DNA from: an uncultured Chloroflexia bacterium
GTDB taxonomy: Bacteria; Chloroflexota; Limnocylindria; Limnocylindrales; CSP1-4
Assembly: GCA_963741085.1 (NCBI GenBank)
Contig: CAVUGM010000003.1
Span: forward strand, 267,447 to 331,446
Length of the DNA stretch: 64,000 nucleotides
Direction: 5' to 3'
The notes beneath the pieces are model-generated. The model was not told the origin of the DNA and made no database searches. It saw only the letters and a program-made list of their open reading frames with translations. Below, piece after piece: positions 61,076 to 64,000 of this stretch. The stretch's first letter is position 1. Each line of letters opens with the position of its first letter. The position numbers and the translations under genes are program-made.

Positions 61076-61381
61076 ATGCCGAACTGGCGCTGCCCGCATT
61101 GCCACACGCCGCAGCCCGAAGCGGCACGCTGCTGGGTCTGCCGGCGCTCCAGCACGAGCTGCGCGACGTGCGTCCACTTCCGGCGCTCCGTCGCTCCGCT
61201 GATCGGCGGCACGTGCGGCCTGGATCTGCGCGCCGTGCCGCTCCGCGGGGACGAGCTCCACGGCTGCTGGCGGCCGATCCGCCCCGGGCGGGTCGTCGGC
61301 CCCGACGCGATCCAAGTCATCGACCCGCTCGGTCCCGCATTCGCCGTGTCCGGCGGAATCTGGGCCGAGCCCGAGGCCTGA
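61076..61381 (+). CDS. Hypothetical 101-aa Cys-rich (three CxxC) zinc-ribbon protein.
   Basis: Sequence: MPNWRCPHCHTPQPEAARCWVCRRSSTSCATCVHFRR.... See the promoter evidence above. It is convergent with the kinase gene. Confidence 0.6.
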   Translation: MPNWRCPHCHTPQPEAARCWVCRRSSTSCATCVHFRRSVAPLIGGTCGLDLRAVPLRGDELHGCWRPIRPGRVVGPDAIQVIDPLGPAFAVSGGIWAEPEA

Positions 61382-61414
61382 CCCAGCCGACGCGCGCCGG
61401 ACGCAAACGGCTCG

Positions 61415-63304
61415 CTATGTCGGCGACGGCGCTGGCGTGGGAGTGGGCGTCGGCGTGGGAGCCGGCGTCGGAGCGTTGGTCGACAGGACCAGCGTGCTCC
61501 CGACCTTCGCCTGGGTGCCGGGCTGCGGGTTCTGATTCGTCACGATGTCGGTGTCGGGCGGCGTCGCGCCCCCCTGCCACTGGATGACGAGCCCCTCGGA
61601 GGTCGCCTGGGCCTTCGCCGTCGCCACCGTCAGCCCCTTGTAAGTGCCCACCGCGACGGTCGGGATCGGTGTCGGGGTCGGGGCAGGGGTCGCGGTCGGG
61701 GCGGCCGTCGGCGTCGGGCTGGGCGTCGGCTCCGGCCCCTTGGAGACCTGGTAGTCGACCGGAGTGCCCGTCGTCACCTGGGTGCCGGCCGGCAGCGTCT
61801 GGCCGCTGATGGAGCCCTTCGGGATCGCCGGGTCGAAGGCATCCGTGCGGGCACCGAGCGTGAGCTTGGCGTCGGTGATCGCCTTTATGGCGTCTGCCTC
61901 CGTGAGACCGACGAGCTGCGGCACGGCGACGACGTCCTTGCCCGAGACGACGTCGACCTTCACCGTCGAGCCCTGAGTCACGACCGTGCCGGCAGGCGGA
62001 TCCTGGTTGACGACCGTGCCTTCGGCCTTGTCGTTCTGCTTCACGTAGTTGGGCTGGAGGACGATCCCCAGCTGCTGCGCGGTCGACGTGGCGTTGGCGT
62101 AGGTCTGGTCCACGAACGAAGGCAGGGTGACGTTGCCGGGGCCCGGCGTGGCGGCCGGGCCGTTTGCCGAGATGAGCCGGAAGAGGAGGATCCCGACGGC
62201 CACGAGGATCACGAGGCCGAGGACGCCGGCGACCCAGATCCAGGGGCTCGTGCCGCCTTCGTCGGGCTCACCCGGCTCGTCGGCCGGGGAGGCCGCTCCG
62301 GGCGGCGGAGTACCGGTGGGAGGTGTCCCGGCGGGAGGAGGTGTCCCGCCGGGCGGCGCGGCGTACGCGTCGGGCGGATACGGGCGCGAGGCTGCTGCAG
62401 CAACCGTGGCACCGGCCAGCGCGGCTCCGGCGGCCCCCGCTGCGGCTCCCGTCGCCAGCGGCGCTACGGGGACAGGCGCTCCGTCGTCGAGGAACGCCTC
62501 GAGGGCCTTGGCCATGGCCTCCGCGGTCGGGAAGCGCCCCGCCGGGTCCGGGCTGAGCGCGCGGCGGTCGATCTCCGCCAGGACCGGCGGCACATTCGGG
62601 CGCACGTCGGAAACCAGGGGCGGCGGCGCCGAGATGCGGGCCATCGCCACAGCGCCGGCGTTGTCGCCCTCCCATGGACGGCGTCCGGTGAGGAGCTCGT
62701 AGAGGACGATCCCGAGGCTGTAGATGTCTGACGCCCCGGTCGCTTGCTCGCCGAGCGCCTGCTCGGGGCTGAGGTAGTGGACCGAGCCGAGCGTCACGCC
62801 CGGCAGGGTCAGGCGCGCGTCGGACCAGGCCCGGGCGATCCCGAAGTCCGCCACCTTCACCCGGCCGTCGGCGGAGACCAGGATGTTCCCGGGCTTGACG
62901 TCGCGGTGAACGATCCCCCGCGTGTGCGCCGCGTCGAGGGCGTGGGCAACCTCCGCCGCGAGCCGGGCCGCCTGGCGGGGCGGGAGCGGGCCGTTCCGGC
63001 GGAGGAGCGAAGCCACGTCCTCGCCGTCGACGAGCTCCATCACGATATACGGGCCGTCGGCGTCGGTGCCGAAGTCGTAGACCGCGACGATGTTCGGATG
63101 CGAGAGGCTTGCCGCGGACTGCGCCTCCTGCTTGAAGCGGGCGACGAAGTCGGGGTCGCGTCCGTACTCGGCGTGCAGGAGCTTGACCGCCACCTCGCGG
63201 CCGAGCTGAGCGTCGGTGGCGCGATAGATCGTCGCCATGCCGCCCTGTCCGAGAAGCTCGACCAGCCGGTAGCGGCCGCCGAGAACGTCGCCGAGGGCTG
63301 CCAC
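61415..63304 (-). CDS. PknB-like Ser/Thr protein kinase with a TM and three extracellular PASTA domains plus a Pro/Thr tail, intact.
   Basis: Contains GQGGMATIYRA...VAVKLL, HRDVKPGNILV, DFGIA, GSVHYLSPEQ, the TM WIWVAGVLGLVILVAVGILLF, PASTA-like repeats (LPSFVDQTYANATSTAQQLGI..., VPQLVGLTEADAIKAITDAKL..., VGTYKGLTVATAKAQATSEGL...). Confidence 0.9.
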   Translation of the reverse strand: MAALGDVLGGRYRLVELLGQGGMATIYRATDAQLGREVAVKLLHAEYGRDPDFVARFKQEAQSAASLSHPNIVAVYDFGTDADGPYIVMELVDGEDVASLLRRNGPLPPRQAARLAAEVAHALDAAHTRGIVHRDVKPGNILVSADGRVKVADFGIARAWSDARLTLPGVTLGSVHYLSPEQALGEQATGASDIYSLGIVLYELLTGRRPWEGDNAGAVAMARISAPPPLVSDVRPNVPPVLAEIDRRALSPDPAGRFPTAEAMAKALEAFLDDGAPVPVAPLATGAAAGAAGAALAGATVAAAASRPYPPDAYAAPPGGTPPPAGTPPTGTPPPGAASPADEPGEPDEGGTSPWIWVAGVLGLVILVAVGILLFRLISANGPAATPGPGNVTLPSFVDQTYANATSTAQQLGIVLQPNYVKQNDKAEGTVVNQDPPAGTVVTQGSTVKVDVVSGKDVVAVPQLVGLTEADAIKAITDAKLTLGARTDAFDPAIPKGSISGQTLPAGTQVTTGTPVDYQVSKGPEPTPSPTPTAAPTATPAPTPTPIPTVAVGTYKGLTVATAKAQATSEGLVIQWQGGATPPDTDIVTNQNPQPGTQAKVGSTLVLSTNAPTPAPTPTPTPTPAPSPT

Positions 63305-63343
63305 TCGTGGTTCTCCCGTGCTCTGGTCCGTCGGGGCCGGGTC

Positions 63344-64000
63344 TCAGGGGTTCAGCGTGCGGAGGTAGGAAGCGAATTCCGGGCCCAGGTCGGGCCGCGC
63401 CAGCGCCAGCTCGACCGATGCCTTCAGCCAGCCCATCGTCGTGCCGGCATCGTAGCGGGTTCCCTCGAAGGCATAGCCGTGGACAGGCTGTTCCTGCATG
63501 AGCGCCTGGATGGCGTCGGTCAGCTGGATCTCGCCCCCCGCACCGCGTGGCGTCTGCTCGAGCTTATCGAAGATCTTGGGGGTCAGGACGTAGCGCCCGA
63601 TGATGGCCATGTTCGAGGGGGCGACGTCCGGCTGGGGCTTCTCGACGACGGAATCCACCCTCCAGAGGCGCCCGTCGGAGCCCTCCACGCGCTCGCCGCC
63701 GATGATGCCGTAGCGCGACGTCTCCTCCGGCGGCACCTCCATCACGGCCACGATGGAGCCGTGGGTCTGGTGGTACGCGTGGACGAGCTGGCCGATGCAC
63801 GGTCGCTCCCCGACCACCACATCGTCCGAGAGGATCACCGCGAACGGCTCGTGGCCGACGAGCTCCTTTGCCATCAGGACCGCGTGCCCGAGGCCGAGCT
63901 GCTCCTTCTGGCGCACGTAGGCGATCTGGGCCAGCTCGCCGATGCGGCGGATCTGGCGCAGCAGCTCGATCTCGCCACGCTCCTCCAGAAGGTGCTCGAG
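63344..64000 (-). CDS. galU: UTP--glucose-1-phosphate uridylyltransferase. The N-terminus lies beyond the window end.
   Basis: Contains YVRQKEQLGLGHAVLMAKELVGHEPFAVILSDDVV, VEKPQPDVAPSNMAIIGRYVLTP, and GGEIQLTDAI. The frame stays open upstream to nt 64000 (LEHLLEERGEIELLRQI...). Confidence 0.9.
   Translation of the reverse strand, partial: LEHLLEERGEIELLRQIRRIGELAQIAYVRQKEQLGLGHAVLMAKELVGHEPFAVILSDDVVVGERPCIGQLVHAYHQTHGSIVAVMEVPPEETSRYGIIGGERVEGSDGRLWRVDSVVEKPQPDVAPSNMAIIGRYVLTPKIFDKLEQTPRGAGGEIQLTDAIQALMQEQPVHGYAFEGTRYDAGTTMGWLKASVELALARPDLGPEFASYLRTLNP

Overview
A 64-kb, very GC-rich bacterial chromosomal segment. Its gene content looks Actinomycetota-like: a PASTA Ser/Thr kinase, an MprAB/PepD-type two-component plus HtrA module, BfrB-type ferritin, GTP-dependent PEPCK, a stand-alone LigD-type polymerase and an ATP ligase, a COG4941-type ECF sigma with a YCII partner, and many leaderless-looking starts. 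I can support about 55 genes. I saw no rRNA, tRNA, CRISPR array, transposase, integrase or phage gene. Most long ORFs in the six-frame track are antisense or off-frame shadows, as expected at this GC content. I called real genes from family motifs, RBS or start context, and GC3. Layout: (i) 1-14.5 kb holds an xdhD-ssnA-ygfK-type molybdenum-hydroxylase cluster, a second three-subunit xanthine-dehydrogenase-family enzyme and pckG. All of these are shattered by dozens of frame changes, yet two small genes in their midst are intact. (ii) 15.5-33 kb is a mostly minus-strand array. It carries two Cys-type arylsulfatases (one fused to a DUF1269-like glycine-zipper module), an anaerobic sulfatase-maturating radical-SAM enzyme with a SEC-C tail, several tiny uncharacterised ORFs, a LAL/LuxR regulator, SulP, a CPA1 antiporter, DUF389 and DUF2252. 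(iii) 33-51 kb holds mixed housekeeping and accessory genes: K+ channel, NUDIX, ferritin, ECF sigma plus YCII, rhodanese, DinB-like, DUF5996, DUF2630, LigD-Pol, M23 peptidase, a deleted EAL remnant, ArsR-SRPBCC, a serine hydrolase, an ATP ligase, malic enzyme and USP. (iv) 51-64 kb holds L25/Ctc, response regulator/histidine kinase/HtrA, folC-folP-folB, a Cys4 hypothetical, an Ig-like surface protein, a Zn-ribbon ORF behind a perfect 17-bp tandem repeat, a PknB-like kinase and galU (partial). The items most worth a second look are the gene-selective indel decay in 1-14.5 kb and the uncharacterised small-gene module wrapped around the sulfatase/maturase locus.
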